64,000 nt of DNA, taken from NCBI GenBank assembly GCA_963781885.1, contig CAWAHW010000002.1:1280001-1344000 (forward strand). Direction: 5' to 3'. This stretch comes from an uncultured Spirochaetota bacterium. GTDB lineage: Bacteria; Spirochaetota; Spirochaetia; SZUA-6; Fen-1364. The position numbers and the translations under genes are program-made. The notes under the pieces are model-generated. The model saw only the letters and a program-made list of their open reading frames with translations, searched no databases and was not told the DNA's origin. Shown here one piece after another: positions 53,149-62,313 of this stretch (the first letter of the stretch is position 1; the number at the start of each line of letters is the position of its first letter).

Positions 53149-53789
53149 TGGCGCGGCGGCAACAGGGCTCCTCGCTCCTTCAGCAGAACGCCTCTGCCCG
53201 CGTTCTTTTTCTCACCGGCGCCCTCCTCTTTCCCTCCTTCCTCCTCCAGCAGGACATCGCGATACGCGCCGCGCAGATCCTTCTTTTCCTTCTTCTCAAT
53301 CTGCTGAGCGGAAGGAGAATCAGGTTTCTGCAATACCTCGTCGTCAGCGCGGGCATCGTCATCTTCAACCTCGTGATCCCCACGGGCCGCGTGCTCGTTT
53401 CCCTGCTCGGTCTGGCCGTGACGGAAGGGGCGCTGAAGAGCGGGCTTCTGAAAGCCACGGCCATGACGGGGCTCATCGCGCTCTCCCAGTTCTCCATCCG
53501 CGGGGAGCTTCGATTCCCCGGTCGCGTCGGCGGACTGGTCGGACGATCGCTGTTCTATTTCGAGCGCATCATGGGAGGCCGGAAGAAGATCGACCGCAAG
53601 GACATCATCGGGAGCGTCGACGCCCTCCTGTTGGAGGTCCAGGCTGCGGGTCCGGCGCTCGCCGGCGAGACAGAAGACCCCGTGCCCACGACCCTGGCGG
53701 GCTACTCCATCCTCCTGCTGAGCGTCGTGGCGTGCTGGGGAGCATACGCCTTCACGCTCATGCACCCGCATCCGATCTGGGGCGGCTGA
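53148..53789 (+). CDS. Hypothetical integral membrane protein
   Basis: ATG overlaps upstream TAA; several TM segments; FNL..P.GRVL motif reminiscent of ECF T components. Confidence 0.65.
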   Translation: MARRQQGSSLLQQNASARVLFLTGALLFPSFLLQQDIAIRAAQILLFLLLNLLSGRRIRFLQYLVVSAGIVIFNLVIPTGRVLVSLLGLAVTEGALKSGLLKATAMTGLIALSQFSIRGELRFPGRVGGLVGRSLFYFERIMGGRKKIDRKDIIGSVDALLLEVQAAGPALAGETEDPVPTTLAGYSILLLSVVACWGAYAFTLMHPHPIWGG

Positions 53790-53844
53790 GCGGGGCGGCC
53801 CGCGCCGATTGTCCCGCAAGCCCCGTTTTGCTACGCTCCGTGCC

Positions 53845-54762
53845 GTGATTCGTGAGCTCGTCACAAATGTCGTGCGATTCGGTTTCGACTTCCGCTCGTG
53901 GCGGGCCGGCTTCAAGGCGTTGCGGGCACCCTCGCTCGTCATTGCGGCTTTTTCGTGCGCGCTGGGCATTGTACTTGCCTTCCACGATGGGCGCGGGGAC
54001 CTCCTGAATGCCGCGGCCGTCCTGGTCACGGGTCTGCTCCTCCAGGCGGGAGTCAATCTCGTCAACGACTTCTTTGAGTTCCGCCAGCGCCGTGTCGATG
54101 ACAAGGTCCATGCTCTTGGTTTTTCCCCGAAGGACCGGGACCTGCTGGAGATCTACATCTTCCTCGTCGGCCTCGCGCTCTTCGGCCTTGCGGGCCTTTT
54201 CGGACTTTTCCTGGCGTGGAGGGTGGGGTGGCCCATCATCGTACTGGGCGCATTCGGTTTCATGACGGGATTCTTCTACACGGGTGAGCCCCTGAACTAT
54301 AAAAGAAGGGGTCTCGCGGTCCCGCTGGTTTTTTTCATCATGGGTGTGCCGATGATCGCAGGCTCGTACTATGCCGTTGCCCGTACCCTCACCGCGGGTG
54401 CCGTCTTTGCATCGATCCCGGTCAGCTTCCTCATTTCCCTCATCCTGCTTGCCAATGAGCTTCGCGACTACGAATCGGACGTGCGCTACGGCATCCGCAC
54501 GCTGACGGTGCGCATCGGCTACAACAGGGGAATCGTCCTGTTCTGCATCCTGCTTTTCTGCGCGTATGCGAGCCCGATCGTGCTCTGGCTGTGCGGGGCC
54601 ATTCCCTTTCTCTGGCTGTTTTACGTTGCGCTGCCATTCATCGTGCCGCCTTTTCTCTTCATATGGAGACCGCCGGAGAAGCGTCACCCCCTCATTCCGC
54701 TCGTGATGCTCCACCACCTTGCATACGGCGTCCTGTACTGCGTGGCGTTTTTCATGCGATAA
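53845..54762 (+). CDS. UbiA/MenA-family prenyltransferase (DmkA-like); start uncertain (53809-53872)
   Basis: NLVNDFFE, YTGEP, LLANELRDYESD...TL; TTGTCC-17 bp-TACGCT at 53809-53837 favours a later start. Confidence 0.88.
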   Translation: MIRELVTNVVRFGFDFRSWRAGFKALRAPSLVIAAFSCALGIVLAFHDGRGDLLNAAAVLVTGLLLQAGVNLVNDFFEFRQRRVDDKVHALGFSPKDRDLLEIYIFLVGLALFGLAGLFGLFLAWRVGWPIIVLGAFGFMTGFFYTGEPLNYKRRGLAVPLVFFIMGVPMIAGSYYAVARTLTAGAVFASIPVSFLISLILLANELRDYESDVRYGIRTLTVRIGYNRGIVLFCILLFCAYASPIVLWLCGAIPFLWLFYVALPFIVPPFLFIWRPPEKRHPLIPLVMLHHLAYGVLYCVAFFMR

Positions 54763-54788
54763 ACGCCGCTGGAAAGAGGAGAAGAAAG

Positions 54789-55728
54789 ATGATCCGAAAT
54801 CGTGTCCTTGCCTTGCTTTTCGCGGTATGCTGCGCGGCGCCGCTTGCCGCGCAGCTTTCCATCGGGCTCATGCCGGCGTGCAATTCCATCCCGTTTGTCG
54901 TCGCGGAGAAGAAGGGACTATTCGCCGCGCACGGCCTGCAGGTGACCCTCGTGCCCTTCACCGGTCAGCTGGAGCGCGAGACCGCGCTGCAAACGGGCGC
55001 CCTGGACGGGACCGTCTCCGATCTCATCAATGCAATACAGTCATGGTCCCACGGCTCGGGCGCCCGGGTGACCTCCGTGACGGAAGGCAATTTCGCGCTG
55101 CTTTCATCGCCCGGCTCTTCCCTGAAAAGCCTCTCCGACTGGAAGGCCCGCACGAGCGGTTCTGTGCGCACGGGACTGCTGGAAAACAGCATTGTCTTCT
55201 ACCTCAGCGAGCGCATGGTCATGGCCGCGGGCGCGGACCCGAAGCGCATCGAGCTCGTGCCCATCGTGCAGATTCCCGCGCGCCTGGAGATGCTGCTTGC
55301 CGGGCAAGTCGAAGCGGCATGCCTGCCGGATCCCCTCTGCCACCCTGGCAGCTTCCCGCGGCGCCCACCTGCTCGCTGATTCGGACGGCATGGGAACGAC
55401 ACCGGGCGTGCTCCTGTTCACCGCCAAAGCCATTGCGGAGAAGCGCAATCAGATCGTCCAGCTCTACGCGGCCTACAACGACGCCGTGCGCGAGGTGAAC
55501 GCCCATCCCGAGGACTATCGCGCCGCCATCGTTGCCGGCTGCGAGTTTCCGCCCGCGGTCACGAGCGTCATGAAGATACCGCAGTTCAAGCCGGCATTCC
55601 TTCCGTCGGAGGCGCTCGTGCGGGACGTTGCCCTTTGGATGAAGGAAAAATCACTGGTCGATCGCGTCCCCGGATACACCGACCTCATCGTCGCCGACAT
55701 TCTCGGCTCTCATGCTGGCGCTCAGTGA
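54789..55728 (+). CDS. ABC transporter substrate-binding protein (NitT/TauT-like), frameshifted near 55333
   Basis: Signal peptide, PFVVAEKKGLF, LPDP; C-terminal half is in ORF 55192-55728. Confidence 0.8.
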
Positions 55729-56452
55729 TTGCACCGCTGCCTACGATGCCGGCCCCGTGCTGCAGGCCGTCAGCCTGACCGTGCAGGAAGGGAGAACGGG
55801 ATGCATCATCGGGCCCAGCGGATGCGGCAAGACGACCCTTCTGATGCTGGCGGCGGGTCTGAAGGAGCCGCTGACCGGCGAGGTGGATCTTGACGGCGCG
55901 CCGGTGTGTGCGGGTGACAGGCGCATCGGGCTCATCATCCAGCACTACGGGCTGTTTCCGTGGCTGACGGCGCGCGGCAATGTCGCGCTGGGACTGCGGA
56001 TGCGTCATGTGCCGAAGCCCGAGCTGACGGCCCGGACCGACCGCGAGCTCGACCGCGTCGGCCTGCGGGATGTCGCCGACCGCTACCCGCTGCAGCTGAG
56101 CGGAGGCCAGCAGCAACGGGTGGCGATTGCGCGCTGCATGGCGCTGGATCCGCGGCTCCTGCTCATGGACGAGCCTTTCTCGGCGCTTGATGCCTTGAGC
56201 AGGGAGACGCTGCAGGACCTCCTCCTTGCATCCCTTGCGGCGCGGCATATGACCGTTCTCATTGTCACGCACAGCATCGAGGAGGCGGCCATCCTCGGCG
56301 CGCGCATCTGGGTGATGGAAGGCGGGCCGGGCCGTATCAGGACGTGCTTCGAGAATCCCGGTCAGGGCAGCGAGGGCTACCGTCGGACGCCGGCGTATTT
56401 CCGCGTGTGCACCGAGCTTCGACGCGCGATGCAGGAAGGGACGTCCCCATGA
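55712..56452 (+). CDS. ABC transporter ATP-binding protein (NitT/TauT-like)
   Basis: GPSGCGKTT, LSGGQQQR, LLMDEPFSALD, VTH. Confidence 0.93.
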   Translation: MLALSDCTAAYDAGPVLQAVSLTVQEGRTGCIIGPSGCGKTTLLMLAAGLKEPLTGEVDLDGAPVCAGDRRIGLIIQHYGLFPWLTARGNVALGLRMRHVPKPELTARTDRELDRVGLRDVADRYPLQLSGGQQQRVAIARCMALDPRLLLMDEPFSALDALSRETLQDLLLASLAARHMTVLIVTHSIEEAAILGARIWVMEGGPGRIRTCFENPGQGSEGYRRTPAYFRVCTELRRAMQEGTSP

Positions 56453-57201
56453 GCCGGGCCGTGCGCGGCGGCATCCTTGGCGTCGTGGCGCTCACGGCGC
56501 TTTGGTGGGCGCTCTCCCTGGTCATTGCCGGCGGCTTTCTCCCGTCGCCGATCGTCGTCGTGCCCCGTCTTCTCTTCCTGTTGCCGCGCGGTCTCCTGAT
56601 TCACGTCGCGGCGAGCCTCGGGCGCATCGGGGTCGCGCTCGGCGTCTCTATCGTCACCGCCGTGCCGGCGGGTCTTGCAATCGGACGGAGCAAAGTGCTC
56701 GACCGGCTCTTCTCTCCCATCGCCTACCTCCTTTACCCGGTGCCCAAGATCGCGCTCCTGCCGGTCATCATGCTCCTCTTCGGGCTCGGGAACGTGTCGA
56801 AGGTGGTGATCGTCTTTCTCGTGCTCTTCTTCCAGGTGCTCGTCGCCACGCGAGATGCGGCCCACCAGATACCCGCGCAGTACCTGCTTTCCCTCCGATC
56901 GCTCGGGGGAACGCGCATGCAGGCGGCGCGCTACGTCCTCCTGCCCGCCTTGCTGCCTTCCCTCCTGTCTTCGCTGCGCATCGGCACGGGCACGGCGCTT
57001 GCCGTGCTCTTTTTCGCGGAGACGTTCGGCACCAGCCGGGGCCTTGGCTGGTTCGTGATGGAGAGTTGGATGCGCATGTCGTACGTCGACATGTTCGCCG
57101 GCATCCTCTGTCTCGGCGTCGTCGGCCTGGGCATATTCCTTGCCATCGATGCGCTCTACCGGCGTCTCTGTCGATGGCAGGTGGCCGCCCGCGCTACTTG
57201 A
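56449..57201 (+). CDS. ABC transporter permease (NitT/TauT-like)
   Basis: LPSP, PVPKIALLP, LPALLPSLLSSLR, AETFG. Confidence 0.9.
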   Translation: MSRAVRGGILGVVALTALWWALSLVIAGGFLPSPIVVVPRLLFLLPRGLLIHVAASLGRIGVALGVSIVTAVPAGLAIGRSKVLDRLFSPIAYLLYPVPKIALLPVIMLLFGLGNVSKVVIVFLVLFFQVLVATRDAAHQIPAQYLLSLRSLGGTRMQAARYVLLPALLPSLLSSLRIGTGTALAVLFFAETFGTSRGLGWFVMESWMRMSYVDMFAGILCLGVVGLGIFLAIDALYRRLCRWQVAARAT

Positions 57202-58231
57202 GCACCGTGTAGCCTGTGTCGGTGAGCGTGAATCGAGACCGCAGCCCCGGGGTCACATAGATCTCCTTGTTCTCCGTGATGAAGACCGCTTCGATCGTGC
57301 CCGACCTGGATTCTACGAACTTGCGGCCCTCATCCAGGCCCAGGGTGAAGACAAGCGTGTCGTAGCCGTCCGCGGTGAGGGAATCCGGCGCGAGTATGGC
57401 GACGGCCGAAAGCCCGTTCCACGCCGGGAAACCCGTGCGCGCATCGAGGATGTGGAAATAGCGCTTGCCGTTCTGCTCGAAGAAGCGCTCGTAGGTGCCC
57501 GCGGTCGTGACCGAGCCGCCCGTGATGTCGACATAGCCGATCATCGTGCCGCGCGCTTCGAGGGGATTCTGGATCCCGATGCGCCATGGCGCGCGGTCGG
57601 GCTTGGTGCCCATGACAAGGACGTTGCCGCCCAGGTCCACCAGCGCGGAGCTCACGCCGTTGGCGCGCAGGATGCGCACCACCTCGTCTGCGGCGTAGCC
57701 TTTCGCCACCGAGCCGAGGTCGATCCCCATGCCGGGCTTTTTGAGGAACACCGTGGAGTTTTTCTCATCCAGCACGACGTCGCGGTAGTTGATGAGCCGG
57801 ATGGCCGCTTTTATCTCCTTGTCGCCGGGGATGCGCGCCGCCGGAGTCCCGATGCCCCAGAGCTGGACCAGCGGCGCGACCGTGATGTCGAAGGCGCCGT
57901 TTCCGTCCGCGGAATAGCGAAGACCGTTGGCGATCACGTCGAAAACATCCGGGGTCACCTTGACCGGGCGGAACCCGGCGGCCTTGTTGACCTCGATGAG
58001 CTCGCTGTCGGGCTTGTTGATCGTCATGCGCGCTTCGATCTCCGCCAGGCGCGCGAAAGCCTTGTCGAGCACCGCCTCGGAGCCCCCCGCGTAGAGCCGG
58101 ATGAGGCAGGTCGTGCCCAGCAGGTTGTATTCCGTTCGCTCTAGGGGCGGAGCGGCCCACGCGGCCAGAGAAGCAAAAAAAACAAGCGCGGCGGCTGAAA
58201 GCCCCCGCGCGCGATGGATCGAAAATGTCAT
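57194..58231 (-). CDS. apbE: FAD:protein FMN transferase (ApbE/Ftp/FmnB)
   Basis: GAFDITV.PL..LWG, DLGSVAKGYAAD, DLGGN, GTYERF, HILD..TG.P, AD...T. Confidence 0.93.
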   Translation of the reverse strand: MTFSIHRARGLSAAALVFFASLAAWAAPPLERTEYNLLGTTCLIRLYAGGSEAVLDKAFARLAEIEARMTINKPDSELIEVNKAAGFRPVKVTPDVFDVIANGLRYSADGNGAFDITVAPLVQLWGIGTPAARIPGDKEIKAAIRLINYRDVVLDEKNSTVFLKKPGMGIDLGSVAKGYAADEVVRILRANGVSSALVDLGGNVLVMGTKPDRAPWRIGIQNPLEARGTMIGYVDITGGSVTTAGTYERFFEQNGKRYFHILDARTGFPAWNGLSAVAILAPDSLTADGYDTLVFTLGLDEGRKFVESRSGTIEAVFITENKEIYVTPGLRSRFTLTDTGYTVLK

Positions 58232-58281
58232 GCGCCTTTATACCATGCGGGCGCGGGCCGTGGGCACTGGCAGCGGTCCAG

Positions 58282-58309
58282 TTGACAATTCCGAGTAGGG
58301 GGATACGAT
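58282..58309 (+). promoter_or_regulatory. Putative sigma70 promoter of the ndh2-like gene
   Basis: TTGACA-16 bp-TACGAT; GGAG RBS before ATG 58334. Confidence 0.6.
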
Positions 58310-58333
58310 GTGTGGATTCCTGAGGGGAGAATT

Positions 58334-60451
58334 ATGCCAGACACGATTCGCATCGCCGTGCTTGGTGGCGGGTACGGCGGCGTGGAGGCTGCCAAAGTGC
58401 TCGAGCGCAGGCTCGGCGGACGCAGCAATATAGAGATCAGTCTCATCGACCGAAACTCCTATCACACCCTGATGACCGAGCTCCACGAGGTCGCCGGGGG
58501 CAGGGTCGAGCCGGAGTCCGTGCAGATCAGCTTCCGCAAGATATTTGGCGCCCGCCGCGTCAGGCTGGTGACGGACCGCATCCGCACGATCGATTTCGAA
58601 AAGCGGGTCATGATTTCCGACCTTGCGCAGTATCCCTACGATTACCTGGTCATCGGCGCGGGCGGCGAGCCCGAGTACTACGGCATTCCCGGCATCAAGG
58701 AGAACTCCTTCTCCCTGTGGTCATTCGATGACGCGATGCGGATCCGGCGGCACATCGAAGACCTCTATCGGCGCGCGTCCGCGGAACCGGACCCCGTGCG
58801 GCGGTCGGAGATGCTCACATTCGTCGTGGCGGGTGCCGGCTTCACGGGCATCGAGCTCGCCGGCGAGCTGATGGATCAGCGCCGCGTGATGTGCCGGCAG
58901 TACCTCATCGACGAGAAGGACGTGAAGATCATCGTCGTGGAAGCGCTGGATGCGATCATCCCCAACCTCCCCGGGAAGCTGCAGGCGCGCGCGCGCCAGT
59001 ACCTGGAGCGGCGCGGCATCCAGTTCATGCTCCATTCCCCCATCGTCGGCGCGGAGGCCGGCAAGGTGCTGCTCGGTGGCGGCGTGTCGGTCGCCACGCA
59101 GACGTTCATCTGGACGTGCGGCATCCAGGGCTGCGAGTTCGCGGGCAATCTCGCCCTCACCAAGGGGAAGTGCTCCAACAGGCTCTGCCGCTTCGCCACG
59201 ACGCAGGGGACCTGCGGGGTCAAGGACTGCACGTTCTCCAAGGATCGCTATATCGAGGGGAAGCGGGGAAGGCTCCTCACCAACGAGTACATGCAGTCGG
59301 TGGACTACAACAACGTCTACGTCGTGGGCGACGTCGCGTGGTACGTCGAAGGCAAGAAGGTCATGCCGCAGATCGTGGAATCCGCCGTGCAGACGGCGGA
59401 AACAGCCGCGCACAACATCATCGCCGACATCGACCATGAGGCGATGAAGACGTTCACGTCCAACTATCACGGCATCATGGTGTCGCTGGGCACCTACGCG
59501 GGCGTCGCGCACGTCATGGGCATTTCCCTGACGCGCATCTTCGCCATCGCGGTGAAGCACATGATCAACGTCGTGCACCTCTTCGGCGTCGCCGGGGTGA
59601 ACCAGGTCTGGGAATACGTGAAGCACGAGTTCCTCGACGTGAAGAACGCGCGCTCGTTCATTGGCGGTCTTGCCTCTTACAAGATACGCGGCTACTGGCC
59701 GCTCCTCCTGCGCATGTGGCTGGGTTTCATGTGGGTGGTGGAAGCGACGAACAAGATCACCCAGGGCTGGCTGGACTTCTCCTCGGGCCAGAGCAAGACG
59801 GGCTGGATGTTCTCCAACGGCGTCGTGCAGGCCGGGATCAAGGCCGCGGATGCCACCAGCTCCGCGTCGGTCTCCGCCGCTGCGGGCGCGGCCGCCGCAC
59901 CCGCCGTGGCAGCCGCGACCTCTGCCGCCTCCCAGGCCGCCAGCGCGGCACCGGCAGTCGCGGCAGCCGCAGCCGATGCGACCTCGGCCGCCTCCCAGGC
60001 GGCCAGTGCGGCGCCGGCCGCTGTCGCCGTTGCCCACACCGCGGCGCCCGGACCGTGGATGGATACGACAAAGACCATCCTGGACCCCCAGTCCGGCGTC
60101 GTGACGTGGTTCCGTCACTGGTTCATGGACGGCATCTTCTCCCACGTCGCCTACAGCTGGTTCCAGGTCATCATCGTCATGACGGAGCTGCTCGTCGGGC
60201 TTGCGCTTTTCGGCGGCTTCTTCACCTGGTGGGCCGCTCTCGTGTCGCTCGGGCTCTGCGTGATCTTCACGTTCTCCGGCATGTTCGCCTGGAACCAGCT
60301 CTGGTTCTTCTTCGCCGCCATCCTCATGCTCGGCGGAGTGGGCAGGGCATTCGGGATCGATTCCTGGACCGTGCCTTTCTTCAAGAGGTGGTGGAACGGG
60401 ACACGATTCGCGCGGCGGACGAGATTCTATGCCGATGGGCCTTCAAAGTAG
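58334..60451 (+). CDS. Type II NADH dehydrogenase fused to a C-terminal DoxX-like membrane domain (Listeria Ndh2-like architecture)
   Basis: GGGYGG, LHEVAGG, YDYLVIG, GAGFTGIELAGEL, VGD; C-terminal LRMWLG..W...K, ELLVGLAL.GG, G.GRAFGID. Confidence 0.88.
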   Translation: MPDTIRIAVLGGGYGGVEAAKVLERRLGGRSNIEISLIDRNSYHTLMTELHEVAGGRVEPESVQISFRKIFGARRVRLVTDRIRTIDFEKRVMISDLAQYPYDYLVIGAGGEPEYYGIPGIKENSFSLWSFDDAMRIRRHIEDLYRRASAEPDPVRRSEMLTFVVAGAGFTGIELAGELMDQRRVMCRQYLIDEKDVKIIVVEALDAIIPNLPGKLQARARQYLERRGIQFMLHSPIVGAEAGKVLLGGGVSVATQTFIWTCGIQGCEFAGNLALTKGKCSNRLCRFATTQGTCGVKDCTFSKDRYIEGKRGRLLTNEYMQSVDYNNVYVVGDVAWYVEGKKVMPQIVESAVQTAETAAHNIIADIDHEAMKTFTSNYHGIMVSLGTYAGVAHVMGISLTRIFAIAVKHMINVVHLFGVAGVNQVWEYVKHEFLDVKNARSFIGGLASYKIRGYWPLLLRMWLGFMWVVEATNKITQGWLDFSSGQSKTGWMFSNGVVQAGIKAADATSSASVSAAAGAAAAPAVAAATSAASQAASAAPAVAAAAADATSAASQAASAAPAAVAVAHTAAPGPWMDTTKTILDPQSGVVTWFRHWFMDGIFSHVAYSWFQVIIVMTELLVGLALFGGFFTWWAALVSLGLCVIFTFSGMFAWNQLWFFFAAILMLGGVGRAFGIDSWTVPFFKRWWNGTRFARRTRFYADGPSK

Positions 60452-60454
60452 GGC

Positions 60455-61420
60455 ATGAAGTCCTTCTGGGACGGGCAGCCGGAAATCTCCCGCGATCTTG
60501 AATGCGTGCGGGAAACCATCGCGCGCTGCGCGGCCACGGAAGACGCCGACGTCCACGCCGCGATCGGCCAGCTGCTCTCAACCAGCGGCAAGATGCTGCG
60601 GCCCGCCTTCGTCCTGCTTGCGTCGCGCTTCGGCGCCCCTGACCGGGAGCGGATCATCCGCATCGGCGCGGCGGTGGAAATGCTCCACATGGCCACACTC
60701 GTTCACGACGACATCATCGACGGGGCGAAGCTCCGCCGCGGCGTGGCCACCCTGAACGCGTCGAACGGCCCGCGCACGGCCGTGCTGGTGGGCGACTGGC
60801 TTTTCGCTTCCTGCTTCAGCCTGATCGCGGACATCGCCCGCACGGAAAATGCCCGCGCCCTTTCCCACATGGTGGCCCGAATCTGCGCCGGGGAGATCGG
60901 GCAGTCCGCCGACAGGTTCACCGTCCACACGAGCAAGCGACGCTACCTGCGGCGCATCACGGGCAAGACCGCCGCCCTTTTTTCCCTCTCCCTCTACGTC
61001 GGCGCGGTGGAAAGCGGCTGCACAGAGGCGGTGCAAGGCATCCTCCGCAGGCTGGGATTCTGCGTGGGCATGTGCTTCCAGATCGTGGACGACATCCTCG
61101 ATTTCTCGCCGGGCGCATCGGAAATCGGCAAGCCCGCGGGCAGCGACCTCCTCCAGGGGGTGCTCACCCTGCCGACAATACTTGCGCTGCGTGCGGACGA
61201 CGGCAGCCTGGCGAGCCTCATTGGCAGGGGACCCCTGTCCCGGCGGGCGGCGGCGCGCGCCGGGCGGATGGTTGTCGCCCTTGGCGGCATCGAAGCTGCC
61301 CGTTGTGAGGCGGAAGCTTATACGCGCCGCGCCGAACGGGAGATCCAGCGGCTTCCACCGTCAGAGGCCCGGGATATCCTGGGCGAGGTGACGGCAAGGC
61401 TCCTGAACCGTACGTGGTAG
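60455..61420 (+). CDS. Polyprenyl (heptaprenyl) diphosphate synthase, HepT/DmkB-like
   Basis: GKMLRP, HDDIID...RRG, GKTA, FQIVDDILD, GKP.GSDL. Confidence 0.92.
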   Translation: MKSFWDGQPEISRDLECVRETIARCAATEDADVHAAIGQLLSTSGKMLRPAFVLLASRFGAPDRERIIRIGAAVEMLHMATLVHDDIIDGAKLRRGVATLNASNGPRTAVLVGDWLFASCFSLIADIARTENARALSHMVARICAGEIGQSADRFTVHTSKRRYLRRITGKTAALFSLSLYVGAVESGCTEAVQGILRRLGFCVGMCFQIVDDILDFSPGASEIGKPAGSDLLQGVLTLPTILALRADDGSLASLIGRGPLSRRAAARAGRMVVALGGIEAARCEAEAYTRRAEREIQRLPPSEARDILGEVTARLLNRTW

Positions 61421-61464
61421 CACCGCTCGTTGCGCGGCCCGGACGGTACCCGGACGACATACAA

Positions 61465-61493
61465 TTGACAGCCCGGGGCGCGCATGATACTTT
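61465..61493 (+). promoter_or_regulatory. Putative sigma70 promoter
   Basis: TTGACA-17 bp-TACTTT with TGn; AGGAGG RBS before ATG 61526. Confidence 0.55.
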
Positions 61494-61525
61494 GGGAGAA
61501 CGATATCTCGACACAGGAGGGATAA

Positions 61526-62050
61526 ATGAAAAGAAGAGTGCTTGCAATCGCGATCGTTCTGATTCTCTGCGTCACCGTCGGTTCGTTTGCCGCCGAGAAG
61601 AAAAGCTCCACCATTCCCTGGTGGGTCACCTACGGCGGGACGGATGTCGCCGTTGGCGTCGGCTATACCCAGGATCTTTTCGGAGCCTCGGCTGCTCTGA
61701 ATCTCACATTCGGACAGTTCGACATCGGTCCGATCCCCCTGTCATGGGGAGGCACGGTCGGCGGCGAATTCGGCTTCGGCTATGGGCTCGGACTCGGCGT
61801 GGGTGCATTCGTCACGCTGGAAACAGGATGGGACTTCGGCAGCATCTGGAAGTTCGAGTGGAGGGTCGGGATCGGCCCCGCTATCGCACTTGACCTTGGG
61901 GGCGGCTTCGGGATCGGGTTTGGCCAGTATGCATCCTGGACCTGGTGGTTCACGGATGCCTTTGGACTCACTGCCCAGGATATGTGGTCATATACCTTCG
62001 GCACCGCCGACATGTCGGCATACACCATCGGGGTGGAGTTGAAGCTGTAG
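61526..62050 (+). CDS. Small exported Gly/aromatic-rich protein, probable small outer-membrane beta-barrel
   Basis: Signal peptide, alternating beta strands, ends IGVELKL. Confidence 0.72.
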   Translation: MKRRVLAIAIVLILCVTVGSFAAEKKSSTIPWWVTYGGTDVAVGVGYTQDLFGASAALNLTFGQFDIGPIPLSWGGTVGGEFGFGYGLGLGVGAFVTLETGWDFGSIWKFEWRVGIGPAIALDLGGGFGIGFGQYASWTWWFTDAFGLTAQDMWSYTFGTADMSAYTIGVELKL

Positions 62051-62070
62051 AATCGCTGATACGTGAAAGA

Positions 62071-62100
62071 AGAAGCCCCGGCTCTCCGGGGCTTCTTTTT
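62071..62100 (+). terminator. Intrinsic terminator (possibly bidirectional)
   Basis: AGAAGCCCCGG-CTCT-CCGGGGCTTCT followed by a T run and preceded by an A-rich run. Confidence 0.85.
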
Positions 62101-62313
62101 ATCATGCGTCGGGAAGGCACATGACGCCGCTTGCATCGAAAATCCTGATTGTTGGAATACCCTTCGTCCTTTCGGTTTCCTGGTTCGTGTTCTGGGTGGT
62201 CCGGTTGAAAAGGGCCGCGAAGAAGGCGCGGACTTCATCAAGCGCGGACAAAAGACCGTAGCGGGACGTGGCGGGCCTTGACGCAATTCATTCCTCAGCC
62301 CCTATTGTAGCCT

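Noticed and set aside
53850-53866. Rex operator near the prenyltransferase start (TCGTGA-N5-TCACAA)
   Set aside because: Spacing is one base short of the TTGTGA-N6-TCACAA consensus with a further mismatch, and it probably lies in coding sequence.
22096-55728. Calling the seven frameshifted genes pseudogenes or programmed frameshifts
   Set aside because: Each has a single indel with no other decay and no slippery heptamer; sequencing error is more parsimonious.
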